A stretch of DNA of 64,000 nt from a virus (Duplodnaviria > Caudoviricetes). The notes under the pieces are model-generated. The model saw only the letters and a program-made list of their open reading frames with translations, was not told where the DNA came from and did no database searches. A program made the translations under genes and the position numbers. The number at the start of each line of letters is the position of its first letter. Position 1 is the stretch's first letter. Positions 15,656 to 25,921 of this stretch are shown piece after piece. Where the stretch lies: positions 47,935 through 111,934 of the IMG/VR virus record IMGVR_UViG_3300032327_000348; one strand, given 5' to 3'.

Positions 15656-18259
15656 ATGGCAATGGATAAAGACACCTGGATTGCAGAAAATCTAATTCCA
15701 AAAAATACTGAAGCAAACACGACCAGACGACCTAGAAATAATGTAAAATCTGTTGGAGTTAAAATTGGTCATCGAAAAACAAAGATGACATTATGTGTAT
15801 TAGGTAGTTGGGCTATTTATATGCCTCCTTATAATTTAGCTAGACTAACTGGATTAATGCGTGAAGCCGGATACACTACTACAGTATATGATTTTAATGT
15901 GGAATCACACTATGCACTTAAAGAGGCTAATCCAGATTTAGATGATGCTTGGAACGGAGCAAACTATTGGTGGTGGCAGGGTGACGAATATTATAAGCGA
16001 ATTCATCCTACATATGAACCTATTCTTAAAGAATACTTAGAAATCTTATTAGATGACAATCCAGATATTATAGGGTTCAGTACTTACTATACCAACTTGT
16101 TACCTACTAAGTGGATGATTAAAGAGATTCGCAATAGAAGGCCCGATATCACAATTGTCATGGGCGGACCTGAATGTCACGAAAATTACTATGAAAGGCC
16201 GACGGAAATAGATTATTATTTCATCGGAGAGAGCGAGCAAAACATTTTAGATTTCCTAGAGAATTGGGAAAACGGCATTAAACCAGAAAAACCGGCTATA
16301 GGTAGTTTATACAGTGATACACGTATTGACATTGATAGCTTACCTTATCCCGACTATAGTGACTTTGATCTAACTAAGTACTGGGGCAAGAATAGTATCT
16401 GTGCTGAAATCAGTAGAGGGTGCATTGCCAAATGTAGTTATTGCACTGAAGTATATTATTGGAAGTTCCGTGACCGTGGTGCTAATAATGTAGTAGATGA
16501 ACTAGAATATCAAGTTAAAAAATACGGGATTAATTTTGTGTCATTTGTTGATAGTTTAATGAACGGTAACTTGAAAGAGTTTAGAAGTTTTTGCCAAGAA
16601 TTAGTTGATAGAAAATTAGGAGTTAATTGGTGGGGATATGCTAGAGCTGATGGTAGAATGGATTTAGAATTCTATAAATTAATGAAGGCGGCGGGTGCCC
16701 AAGGATTCAATTATGGAATTGAGACCGGTAGCGATAAAGTTTTAAAGGCTATCAATAAGAAAAATACAGTAGCAGAAATTAATCAAAATATCATTGACTC
16801 TGATAAAGTGGGTATGAAAGTATCTGCATGTTGGGTCATTGGCGCGCCGGGTGAGGATATTGAGGCTTTTACGCATAGTTTTAACATGTTATGGAATCAT
16901 AGAGCAAGAATTATAGCATGTAGTCCGGGCCCTGGTTTGGGTGATAATATGGGTTCTGCGTATGATGATAGAGAAAAGTTTAATTTAAACCCAAGAAATA
17001 AGCCATGGCTAGGTGGATGGTATACATTAGATTTAATGAACACAAAGTTACATAGACACATTAGAATTAAACTAATGCATATTTGGTTACATCTATGTAA
17101 GGAGTATGGTGGTACTATTACTAATGTACATAGTTCAGAGGGAGATATTACCGATCATTTTGAATTGAAATTTGATTCAGAATACATAAATGAACATGTT
17201 GAATATGAAAATTTTGATTTTAATATTATTAAATCAGGACATGGAATGTTTGCTGATAGTGTAATGAATGAAGTATTTGGATTTTTTAGAATGTTGTGGA
17301 GAGTGCGTGGAGGATTTGAAATGACATTGAATTTTAATTCAGAATTAGACCACAGAGATTTTATATTCACTATTGCTCCCGATTCACATACATATACTGC
17401 TAAGTTGTATTTTAAAATAGATGACGCAGGTAATTATATTACTAAATGTGATTTTAACTTTGTTAATAACTTTAAAGATATAGTTAGTATGGATGGTTTT
17501 AATTATACACATGAAGATGTTGGTCAATGGACAGAGGCAACCAAAACTAAAATAAATAAAATATTTTTTATTAAATCAGACACAGTAGTTCCCAATGTAT
17601 TACCTATTGAGAGTTGCTTCTCATCTATATCGGTAGAAGAACGTTTTATGCTGTTACGTATTTCAAAGTATCTTAAGCCAAATAGTGTAGTATTAGAAAC
17701 TAATTCAGGATTGGGCGGACGTGCATCTATTCTAGCAAGAGCTAATAGAAATATAAGTATTCATTCTATTGAATCATTCAATGTGGATTCGTTAAAGAAT
17801 GAGTTTGATTCTATGCAATCATGGATTAGAGAACAACTATTCGATATATGCAAAGACAATAATATAGATAAGAAAATAGGGTATGATCTATTACAATCTA
17901 TACAAGAAGATTTTCAGTATGATACTACCGGTAAGTCAGTGTGGCAGCGTATTACAAAAAAATATTCTAATATACAATTACATCATACATCAGATTTTGT
18001 AGATTGGAATACTCCATTGGATATTTGTTTAATTAATATACACCAGAATCCTATTTTTAAAACTAATTTAGAATTTTGGTCTAAACATGTTAAACCTGAA
18101 GGATATATTATAGCACATTTATACCATGAAACATACGGAGTTGATGTTTATAATGGTATAAATGAATTATTAAACCATGGATGGAAAATAGTTGAAAAGG
18201 TAGACACTTTGATATGTATCCAACGTAATACATCTAATCTAAACACTTATCTTCTTTAA
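15656..18259 (+). CDS. Cobalamin-binding (class B) radical SAM enzyme fused to a C-terminal class I methyltransferase-like domain
   Basis: PPYNLARL, PDIIGFS, IVMGGP, GESE (B12-binding domain); SRGCIAKCSYC; GIETGS; C-terminal VVLETNSGLGG and VKPEGYIIAH. Confidence 0.9.
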   Translation: MAMDKDTWIAENLIPKNTEANTTRRPRNNVKSVGVKIGHRKTKMTLCVLGSWAIYMPPYNLARLTGLMREAGYTTTVYDFNVESHYALKEANPDLDDAWNGANYWWWQGDEYYKRIHPTYEPILKEYLEILLDDNPDIIGFSTYYTNLLPTKWMIKEIRNRRPDITIVMGGPECHENYYERPTEIDYYFIGESEQNILDFLENWENGIKPEKPAIGSLYSDTRIDIDSLPYPDYSDFDLTKYWGKNSICAEISRGCIAKCSYCTEVYYWKFRDRGANNVVDELEYQVKKYGINFVSFVDSLMNGNLKEFRSFCQELVDRKLGVNWWGYARADGRMDLEFYKLMKAAGAQGFNYGIETGSDKVLKAINKKNTVAEINQNIIDSDKVGMKVSACWVIGAPGEDIEAFTHSFNMLWNHRARIIACSPGPGLGDNMGSAYDDREKFNLNPRNKPWLGGWYTLDLMNTKLHRHIRIKLMHIWLHLCKEYGGTITNVHSSEGDITDHFELKFDSEYINEHVEYENFDFNIIKSGHGMFADSVMNEVFGFFRMLWRVRGGFEMTLNFNSELDHRDFIFTIAPDSHTYTAKLYFKIDDAGNYITKCDFNFVNNFKDIVSMDGFNYTHEDVGQWTEATKTKINKIFFIKSDTVVPNVLPIESCFSSISVEERFMLLRISKYLKPNSVVLETNSGLGGRASILARANRNISIHSIESFNVDSLKNEFDSMQSWIREQLFDICKDNNIDKKIGYDLLQSIQEDFQYDTTGKSVWQRITKKYSNIQLHHTSDFVDWNTPLDICLINIHQNPIFKTNLEFWSKHVKPEGYIIAHLYHETYGVDVYNGINELLNHGWKIVEKVDTLICIQRNTSNLNTYLL

Positions 18260-19106
18260 TTTTATGTGCAATAATTGTAGCAAAACTTTTTACTGAATCT
18301 AAATTTGGATGTGCATTTTTAGGAGAAACCCAAAATTTTGGGTTTTGCCCAGTAACCTCTAAGAGTGCACTAGTCCACGATTCTCCTACAGATGGGTGTA
18401 TATCCTCAGTTGGAGTAAAATTAACCCAACATTTAGCATCTAATGATTCGACTAGGCGAAGTGTATCTACGAAAATTCCAGAATTAAATGATAGAGATTG
18501 TTTTGTAAAATCGTTAGAAGAGCCTAATGCTCGATAAAAAGTATAAGATATACCATTTAATCGTAGAAAATTTTCTAAAAGCAATATATTTTTAATATAG
18601 TTAATATACAAATCTACCTCATCCGCGTTTATTAAAACAACTTTTATATAATCTTCATAATCTAATACAAAATCATTTTTTCCTAACTGATTAGGATTTA
18701 AATTTATAAAACCTTTTGATTTTTTAATAAATTTCATAGCTCTAGCAATACTAGACCATCCTATTACTACGTGATAGTTATGTCTATCTTCTATTGGAAT
18801 AGACAATATATAATTTACAGTAGATAGTGAAATCATATCGTTGCTTTTTCCTTCATTCGACAGATCAATTTTATTATCAGTATCGATACCTACTAACTCA
18901 GATACAACGTGTGGCAAGTTATATTTTCTCTTATAAACGTTGTGGTACTCATTCCAAGTATCTCTGTTTTCATTAGTATGTTGTTTTGACGAAACCGTCG
19001 TAAACCATTCCCATGATAACTTATTACCTACTTCTTTTGAATAATTATCCCATACAAGTTCGTCACCTGCCATAAAACTACAACCATTAAACACTATTTT
19101 TTTCAT
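18234..19106 (-). CDS. SGNH/GDSL-like hydrolase or acyltransferase
   Basis: VFNGCSF (block I Ser), LS..G.SN, C-terminal HPN. Confidence 0.65.
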   Translation of the reverse strand: MKKIVFNGCSFMAGDELVWDNYSKEVGNKLSWEWFTTVSSKQHTNENRDTWNEYHNVYKRKYNLPHVVSELVGIDTDNKIDLSNEGKSNDMISLSTVNYILSIPIEDRHNYHVVIGWSSIARAMKFIKKSKGFINLNPNQLGKNDFVLDYEDYIKVVLINADEVDLYINYIKNILLLENFLRLNGISYTFYRALGSSNDFTKQSLSFNSGIFVDTLRLVESLDAKCWVNFTPTEDIHPSVGESWTSALLEVTGQNPKFWVSPKNAHPNLDSVKSFATIIAHKIKEDKCLD

Positions 19107-19108
19107 AA

Positions 19109-20257
19109 TTAAATTTCCCTAATAGGTATTATTTTTTTATTTATCACTTGCTCTCTTGCTGACTGTTTGTTATACCAATTAGATATTTGTTTATTAACAA
19201 AATGATTTAACTTCTCCCAATTGCCATGAGCTACATAGTTTGAAAAATCTGTTGGTTTTAGTTCTTCAACATGTGGTTCTAATGTTTGTAGAATAACTCC
19301 TAAATTTTGACTAGGCAATTTCCAAATACTCAAATGCTCAGGATGATGAATAGTATTATACCACAAATTAACTTCATGTTTAGTAGTAAACCGAACAAAT
19401 TCAGGCATTTCCCACCAGTTGTTATTCATAGGATTAACCATGACACTTAATCCACGATTATTATCTTTACAGTATTGCTTGAATGTTTGAAAGTTTTCCA
19501 TCAAATCATCAAAGTTTCCGTTGATTCTAATCGACTCATAGTTTTCTTTATCTAAACTGTCAATACTAATATTCAAGTGAATATTACACTTGTCTAATAT
19601 TTCACGCACTTGCTTGTTATACACGGTACCGTTAGTGGCAATGTTGATTCGTAATGATGGATTAATCTGTGCTACAAGCATACAAATATCATATACAATT
19701 TTTTGTGCGAACGGTTCACCGCCGTTGAATCTAAGTTCTTCTAAATGGGGGATAAATTCTTTCAATTGTTCCACAAAACTATCATCATATACCATTGGCA
19801 TAGGTGGTAGTTTATCTCTGTTTTTTCTAATACCAGAACTTAATCTACCGTCACACATTACGCATTCTAAATTGCACTGGTTACTTAACTCTAATTCTAA
19901 TACAGTTGGATAGTCTTTCACACTAAAACCATCATATGCTAATGCTAATGGCCAAGTGTCTGCTTCTATTTTCTGTTTACATACTCTACATTCACTATTA
20001 AATATACCTTCTTTTAATTGATTTCTATATTGAGTAAATTTTTCACCAAACCATATATCTTTAATTGACCTAGTAGTTGACCATTTATCAACATGTCCAA
20101 CTAATAACCAGCATGGAGCTACATTACCTTCAACAGTAAAATACATATTGTTCAACGGGGCGATACACGGACTTATTGTGTTGATTTCTCTACTTTGGTC
20201 AAACTCTTTCCGTTTGATATTGTATGTGTCAATCTGTTCTTGCGTTAGTTTATTCAT
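19109..20257 (-). CDS. Radical SAM enzyme with N-terminal Twitch-like domain
   Basis: CNLECVMC, GGEPF, TNGT; N-terminal C..PCW..CRVC. Confidence 0.92.
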   Translation of the reverse strand: MNKLTQEQIDTYNIKRKEFDQSREINTISPCIAPLNNMYFTVEGNVAPCWLLVGHVDKWSTTRSIKDIWFGEKFTQYRNQLKEGIFNSECRVCKQKIEADTWPLALAYDGFSVKDYPTVLELELSNQCNLECVMCDGRLSSGIRKNRDKLPPMPMVYDDSFVEQLKEFIPHLEELRFNGGEPFAQKIVYDICMLVAQINPSLRINIATNGTVYNKQVREILDKCNIHLNISIDSLDKENYESIRINGNFDDLMENFQTFKQYCKDNNRGLSVMVNPMNNNWWEMPEFVRFTTKHEVNLWYNTIHHPEHLSIWKLPSQNLGVILQTLEPHVEELKPTDFSNYVAHGNWEKLNHFVNKQISNWYNKQSAREQVINKKIIPIREI

Positions 20258-21431
20258 CTTTGTATTCCATAACTAAATTACCCCATTCACCAAACGTGGT
20301 CTTAAAATCTTGTTGTCTAAATTTATCTAGTTCTTCATTCTTGCTAATGAATTCATTGATAAGTGAATCACTGTCTCTGGATAAATGCAAGAAGTTTTTA
20401 ACAATATCAAAGTCTTTGTGAGTTAAACGAGCAGACACTATTTCTTTTAATTTATCTGGTAAATTTTTTATACTATGACTAGGAGGGTAATGTAATATGT
20501 TATAGTAGGTGAATAAGTCCATTGATTTAGCCCACTCTAAGTATTCTGGCATGTAATAGATATTAAACGAACTAACAGTTGGACACAATGTTAGGAACAA
20601 ATTCTTATTGTTCTTTTTCAACTCTACAAATTTTGTAATATTTTCTTGTACTACATTCCATTCAGTAGGGTAGCGTTCATACTCTAATCTAGCACCTAAA
20701 TCATCAATTGATAGGCACAATGTTATTTCTTTGAACTGAAGTATGTTATCTAAAAATTTCTTATTATATAAGGTGCCATTGGTGTTCAATAATACTGATA
20801 TGTTTTTTGCTTTACCTGACTTGATTAATAAGTCTAGAATTTTTATATTTTCTGGACTTGCCAATGGTTCACCACCAGTAACCTCTAAGTGAATCAAGTC
20901 TTCTGCCCACTTGTTAATAACTTCTTCGTTAGATGTTCCTAATATCTTATTACTAATCCAATAATCACTACCCTCAATTGTTACGTTCAACCGTTCTTGA
21001 TATTCTTTTAAAAATGTAGAGCTTGCTTGCGGTCCACATATTCTACATTTAAGATTACATACATTGTTTAATTTCAAATCCATAGCACGTGGTCCACCGG
21101 TGGCTATAGTCTCAAACACCATACCAGTCGTATCTACTTTTTTATCAATAGACCATTGTAGTCTAAAACTCTTGATTCCGGCGGCTTCTTCGTCCCAGCA
21201 GCTTTGGCATTCTTTGGGACGTTTGCCATCTAAGAACGCTTGTCTTAAATTTTGAAATCTAATATCATTCCATAATACATTTAGTTTGCCTTCTTTCATG
21301 TTAGGCAATTGATACTCATTTGAAATATCAGGTTGTGCGAATTTACAACATGGACGCAATGATCCATTAACGTCAGTTGATATGTTAGTCCATGGCAGTG
21401 AACAAAATGAGTCAGGCAATTGATTACTCAT
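20250..21431 (-). CDS. Radical SAM enzyme with N-terminal Twitch-like domain
   Basis: CNLKCRIC, GGEP, TNGT; CSLPW..PCC..CQSCW. Confidence 0.92.
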   Translation of the reverse strand: MSNQLPDSFCSLPWTNISTDVNGSLRPCCKFAQPDISNEYQLPNMKEGKLNVLWNDIRFQNLRQAFLDGKRPKECQSCWDEEAAGIKSFRLQWSIDKKVDTTGMVFETIATGGPRAMDLKLNNVCNLKCRICGPQASSTFLKEYQERLNVTIEGSDYWISNKILGTSNEEVINKWAEDLIHLEVTGGEPLASPENIKILDLLIKSGKAKNISVLLNTNGTLYNKKFLDNILQFKEITLCLSIDDLGARLEYERYPTEWNVVQENITKFVELKKNNKNLFLTLCPTVSSFNIYYMPEYLEWAKSMDLFTYYNILHYPPSHSIKNLPDKLKEIVSARLTHKDFDIVKNFLHLSRDSDSLINEFISKNEELDKFRQQDFKTTFGEWGNLVMEYKDE

Positions 21432-22821
21432 ACTTCTTTAACATCTCATATAGTTTAGGAAAAGTATCGTTGAATGAATCTTTACGATAATCATCATGTA
21501 AACGTGTTTTATCAAAAAATGTTTTTAACAGTTCTTCATCATATTTAGATCCATACATAAAATTAATAATATTGTCAATGGAGGGCGACCAATTGGTCAA
21601 TAGATTGTGTACATCTATAGATAGCAATTGTTCTTTAATTATATCTTTAACTTCATTGGGAAGATTTACAATAGAATAATGATGCGGGTAATGGACTAAA
21701 TTCAATACTACTTGCATGCCATAGTCTTTAACAAACTCAAAGAATTCTTTTAGATATAACACATTTAGTATACCAACTGTTGTATAGAATTTTAATATTA
21801 TGTTAACGTTGTACTTTGCAGCCAATTCTTTATATTGTGCAATATTTTGCAATACTTCATCCCACTTAGCATTCTTACGTTGAAATTCAAAACGAGAACC
21901 AATATCGTCTATACTAAAGTTTATTCCAACTTCCTTAAAGGGAGCCCATAGTTTAAAGAATTCTTCATCACAAATAGTACCGTTGGTATTGTAGTACAGA
22001 CTAGTATTTGCCGGTGTGCCGAACTCATTTATAATACGTAATATTTTATCATGCTCTTGTTGCATTAATGGTTCGCCGCCATAGAATTCTAAATATTCAA
22101 TAGTAGGAGCCCATTGTTTTAATATTTCTTCATTGTTAAGATTCTCAGAAAACTTTTCTCTTGCATTGCTAGTAAAAGTTTTAACATCACCCATATCAAT
22201 AACTTTTAAATCAATTATTTCTTTCATCCACTGAGTACTTAAAAAAGGTGTGCATATTCTACACTTGAGATTGCACAAATTACTTAGTTTTAAATCTAAA
22301 GTTTTTGGATACAGTCTAGGTATATGATGGAAAAATGTAGCATAGGGATGTTCTTTACCGCCCTTTTCTTTAGTTAGCCTCATACTGGGTATGCCAGCGG
22401 CTTCTTCATCCCAGCATGCCTTGCAACCAGTGGGACGTTCATTTCTAAGAAACTGATCTCGTAAATTTTGAAATTCAGGCTGCTCCCATAATTCACCTAT
22501 ATCTACCTCAGGTAATTTAGGAACATTTTGTTGCCATGTAGGATCACCTACTTTATACTTACAACAAGGACGTGCTCTACCATCTGGATCTAATTGAAAA
22601 TGTGTAAAGGGATATAAACAAAAATTATCCGGGACCTGTTTTCTCAAAGTTTCGGTATATTCAGGTTCATACCCCGGTTCTTTACCGTAATGTGGAGAAT
22701 TTTTAATAATACTCAATAAATCTAAATTATAGGTTTCATCAAGTAATTTACTAGTAAACCATACAAAAGATCCTTTACCGTCATCTTCTTTATAGATAGG
22801 TATGAATTGTTTCTTATCCAT
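21424..22821 (-). CDS. Radical SAM enzyme with N-terminal Twitch-like domain
   Basis: CNLKCRIC, GGEP, TNGT; CLYPF..PCC..CKACW; close paralog of 20250..21431. Confidence 0.92.
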   Translation of the reverse strand: MDKKQFIPIYKEDDGKGSFVWFTSKLLDETYNLDLLSIIKNSPHYGKEPGYEPEYTETLRKQVPDNFCLYPFTHFQLDPDGRARPCCKYKVGDPTWQQNVPKLPEVDIGELWEQPEFQNLRDQFLRNERPTGCKACWDEEAAGIPSMRLTKEKGGKEHPYATFFHHIPRLYPKTLDLKLSNLCNLKCRICTPFLSTQWMKEIIDLKVIDMGDVKTFTSNAREKFSENLNNEEILKQWAPTIEYLEFYGGEPLMQQEHDKILRIINEFGTPANTSLYYNTNGTICDEEFFKLWAPFKEVGINFSIDDIGSRFEFQRKNAKWDEVLQNIAQYKELAAKYNVNIILKFYTTVGILNVLYLKEFFEFVKDYGMQVVLNLVHYPHHYSIVNLPNEVKDIIKEQLLSIDVHNLLTNWSPSIDNIINFMYGSKYDEELLKTFFDKTRLHDDYRKDSFNDTFPKLYEMLKKYE

Positions 22822-24206
22822 TATAAACCTTTACACATGTTATAAAAGTCAGTGTATTCTGGGAATGTGCCAGTTAACTGTAATCCTCTGCGTGAATCAT
22901 AAGTGTCAAACCACTCAGCGAATTTCTTTCTGTCATTTAATCTATCAATTGATTGATTGTTAATACCATCAATAATAGTTTGTAGGAATTTAGCATACGC
23001 TGACCATGTACCAAGTGAATCTTTTACAGGTGGCATTGATTCAGCATTATCATTTAGATACTGTATTGTATCTTCTATGTATGGAATAAAGTCTTGTGAC
23101 AATATCATCGGACTTTGCCAACTAGGGAAGCTAACTAAGTTTTGCTTCAATGTGACTGGTCTACCATGTTTTTCGTATAGTTCTTTTGTGTAGGCAATAA
23201 AGTTTTTACTACTGGTTATATTCAATGCGTTAACACTCATGATGAACCCAAAATCAAACTCTAGTTCTTTGTTGGATAATATCGTATCGATGTTCTTAGT
23301 GAATCGTTCCCAACTAACGCCATTGCGAATGTACTCTGCTTTGTCTCCCACACTCTCCATGCTACCTAATATTTCTAAGTTAAATACTTTGGATATCTTG
23401 GGTAGATACTGCATTACCTTCTGAAGATAATTTGATGGTGTATTAAAGTTACTTACTATCCATAGTGTAATCTTTTCTTTGCGTGTATGATTAATTTCTT
23501 CAACGCTAGCAATAACTTTATCCATGAAAGTATAGAACTCAGGCATGATTAGTGGTTCGCCACCAATCAATCCAAGTCGTGTTATACTATGGCGTCCAAC
23601 CTTATTAAACCATTCCCAGAACTTACCGTCAAAACTAGTGGGTGCTTTGGGAAATTCTCTATCGTATTGTTCTTGTGTTATCTCGTTATATTTGATGCGC
23701 TCAGTTGCCCACTGTGTAGAATAATGATGACTACAATACATACACTTCAAGTCGCATGTATTTCCCATACTGATTTCCAACATGTATGGTTTGTAACTAT
23801 ACAACGCTGGATGATTTATATCATTGATTTTACTTAATTCTAGTGAAAGTTTTTCATCAGAATATTCACTAGGTGCTACTTGTTTAGACTTGATTAATTG
23901 CCACCACATTTGTTTAGGATGATGGCGTGGACTCTGTATGCCTGATTCTTCTAGTCGCCAGCAACTGACACATGCTTCAGTTTTACGACCTTGTATCAAG
24001 TCCAATCGTTCTTGCCGTTGCTTTGGAGAATTCAAGAAAGCATCAACGCCAAATTCTTGTAACTCGTTCTCTGTTACTAGACTAGTAGGCGTTCTACAGC
24101 AACTTCTAAACTCACCCCTATCCATACCAAATATAGGATAGTTCCATTTTAAATCGCATATAGTGTCTAATGGGCCAACATTAGTTGCATTAGTTATTAT
24201 TTTCAT
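22821..24206 (-). CDS. Radical SAM enzyme with N-terminal Twitch-like domain
   Basis: CDLKCMYC, GGEP; CDLKW..SCC..CVSCW; close paralog of 13185..14525. Confidence 0.92.
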   Translation of the reverse strand: MKIITNATNVGPLDTICDLKWNYPIFGMDRGEFRSCCRTPTSLVTENELQEFGVDAFLNSPKQRQERLDLIQGRKTEACVSCWRLEESGIQSPRHHPKQMWWQLIKSKQVAPSEYSDEKLSLELSKINDINHPALYSYKPYMLEISMGNTCDLKCMYCSHHYSTQWATERIKYNEITQEQYDREFPKAPTSFDGKFWEWFNKVGRHSITRLGLIGGEPLIMPEFYTFMDKVIASVEEINHTRKEKITLWIVSNFNTPSNYLQKVMQYLPKISKVFNLEILGSMESVGDKAEYIRNGVSWERFTKNIDTILSNKELEFDFGFIMSVNALNITSSKNFIAYTKELYEKHGRPVTLKQNLVSFPSWQSPMILSQDFIPYIEDTIQYLNDNAESMPPVKDSLGTWSAYAKFLQTIIDGINNQSIDRLNDRKKFAEWFDTYDSRRGLQLTGTFPEYTDFYNMCKGL

Positions 24207-24218
24207 GAGTTATAGTAG

Positions 24219-24971
24219 TTAGGTTATTGAATTATCTATTTTACTTTTTATTGTCAATAATTGGTCATAATTAGTAATCATTGAACTATACGGAAGGTCA
24301 TATAATTTTAGTAAACCCGGTGTTGAGTTAAACGGTATCATATTGGATGTGCAGTCTGATTTCAATGTTTGATAATTAACAGTCACACAATCGATCTCCT
24401 CTGCCATCTTTTGTTTAGTATCATATGCTAGTAAAAATTCAGTATACAATACTTCAAACTTATATGTATCCAATGTGATATTAGGAGCAATAATATTTTT
24501 TTGTTTCCCATTAATGGTACTATACCAATATTCATTATTTGTATTCCAGTGGTGAGCCACTCCGGTGTCTATAGCTACCAACAAACTTATGGTACTATCA
24601 AACGGGTCTCTATTAATATTGACAATCTTAAATCCATATTCTTTAATTTTTTTAAGATGTTCTATGTCATCTGTAACTTGATTTGGCCAGTACATGTATT
24701 TTATAATGACTGATTGATTTTTTGATCCACGTGATAAAATATCTAATCTAGAATTTATAAAGTCATTTTTAGAAATTTCTATAATAGTTTTTTCTTCTTT
24801 AAATGCACAGATTAAACCAGTAGCGTTTACTTCATAATGTTTATCATCTACAAATGGCGTGAAAAATTCATCTAAATTAATAAAATTTTTAACGTTATAT
24901 AAGTTAAAAGCAATTCCATTGAGCAGCCAAGAACTTCCTGTTCTAGGAATACTAAGTACGCAATATCTCAT
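24219..24971 (-). CDS. Sulfotransferase-like protein (Stf0/NodH-like PAPS-binding fold)
   Basis: 5'-PSB-like motif PRTGSSWL and 3'-PB-like motif RDPFDSTIS. Confidence 0.7.
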   Translation of the reverse strand: MRYCVLSIPRTGSSWLLNGIAFNLYNVKNFINLDEFFTPFVDDKHYEVNATGLICAFKEEKTIIEISKNDFINSRLDILSRGSKNQSVIIKYMYWPNQVTDDIEHLKKIKEYGFKIVNINRDPFDSTISLLVAIDTGVAHHWNTNNEYWYSTINGKQKNIIAPNITLDTYKFEVLYTEFLLAYDTKQKMAEEIDCVTVNYQTLKSDCTSNMIPFNSTPGLLKLYDLPYSSMITNYDQLLTIKSKIDNSIT

Positions 24972-25921
24972 AATTGTTCCTTTGTACTCATGATGTCAAA
25001 ATTACAGTGACACATTGTTTTATTACAAATGACAGGTGTTTTAGTTACTTCAAAATTTTCAAAGATGTTGCCAATCTTGCCGCCAACTTTACACCATCCT
25101 CTAAACACATCTCCAGACAAGTCAACAACAATTTGTTCTTCTCCACTGTAGCATTTCCATCCACTCCAATCATTTGTCTTTTGACTAATGAATCTATGTG
25201 CGCTAGATACAATTTCTGTGCCATCTTCTTTAACCATCTTCATAGCACCTCGATAGTAATCAAATGATTTGGTATATTTGATGTGTTTAACAATTAATTC
25301 ATGTTGCTTATCAAAAATCTTTTTCTGAAAATCATCATAGTCAAACAATGTATCACCAAAATCATGAATCAATGGTTGTAGTGCCATACTGATGTTACCC
25401 AATGTTTTAACTTTGTTTGCGATAGCATAACAGAAGTCAAACTTCTCTGGACTCATCATAATGTTTACGTGTGTTCTTACATCATTATTTAATAACTTAA
25501 CTACTTGAACAAAGTGGTCAGCATCAGCAAACTCAGGATGAAAACTTAGACACACGTGGTCAAAGTATTGTTTGTTATCTTCCCACCAACGTAGTGTTCT
25601 ACTACCATTGCTAATTAATCCCACCTTAGCACCAAGCGCAGTAGCATGTTGGCAAATTTCAGTGAAGTGTTTATATAGTGTTACTTCTCCACCTGTCAAC
25701 TCATAATATACTTTTCTAGGAGCAACTTGTTCAGATACCCTAGTCATAAATTGTTTAATCTGTTCTATCTCAGGCCACTTTATGCTACCTGAGTGAAGGT
25801 CATCTGGACAATAACTACATTCAAAATTACAAGTGTTGCCTAAGCACCAGTTAACTACGAACCAATCTTCATGTGTGGGATTACTGTGTGCTAATTTAAT
25901 ATAGTCGTGTTGCATTACCAT
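24968..25921 (-). CDS. Radical SAM enzyme with C-terminal Twitch/SPASM-like domain
   Basis: CNFECSYC, GGE, SNGSR; C-terminal WKC..G...C.VGG.IG...C..TMCHC. Confidence 0.92.
   Translation of the reverse strand: MVMQHDYIKLAHSNPTHEDWFVVNWCLGNTCNFECSYCPDDLHSGSIKWPEIEQIKQFMTRVSEQVAPRKVYYELTGGEVTLYKHFTEICQHATALGAKVGLISNGSRTLRWWEDNKQYFDHVCLSFHPEFADADHFVQVVKLLNNDVRTHVNIMMSPEKFDFCYAIANKVKTLGNISMALQPLIHDFGDTLFDYDDFQKKIFDKQHELIVKHIKYTKSFDYYRGAMKMVKEDGTEIVSSAHRFISQKTNDWSGWKCYSGEEQIVVDLSGDVFRGWCKVGGKIGNIFENFEVTKTPVICNKTMCHCNFDIMSTKEQL

Noticed and set aside
13185-25921. 7-deazaguanine (QueE), MoaA or NrdG roles for the radical SAM genes
   Set aside because: No queC, queD, folE, dpdA, moaC or nrdD is visible in the window, and the auxiliary Cys domains do not fit QueE or NrdG. 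Partners outside the window cannot be excluded.
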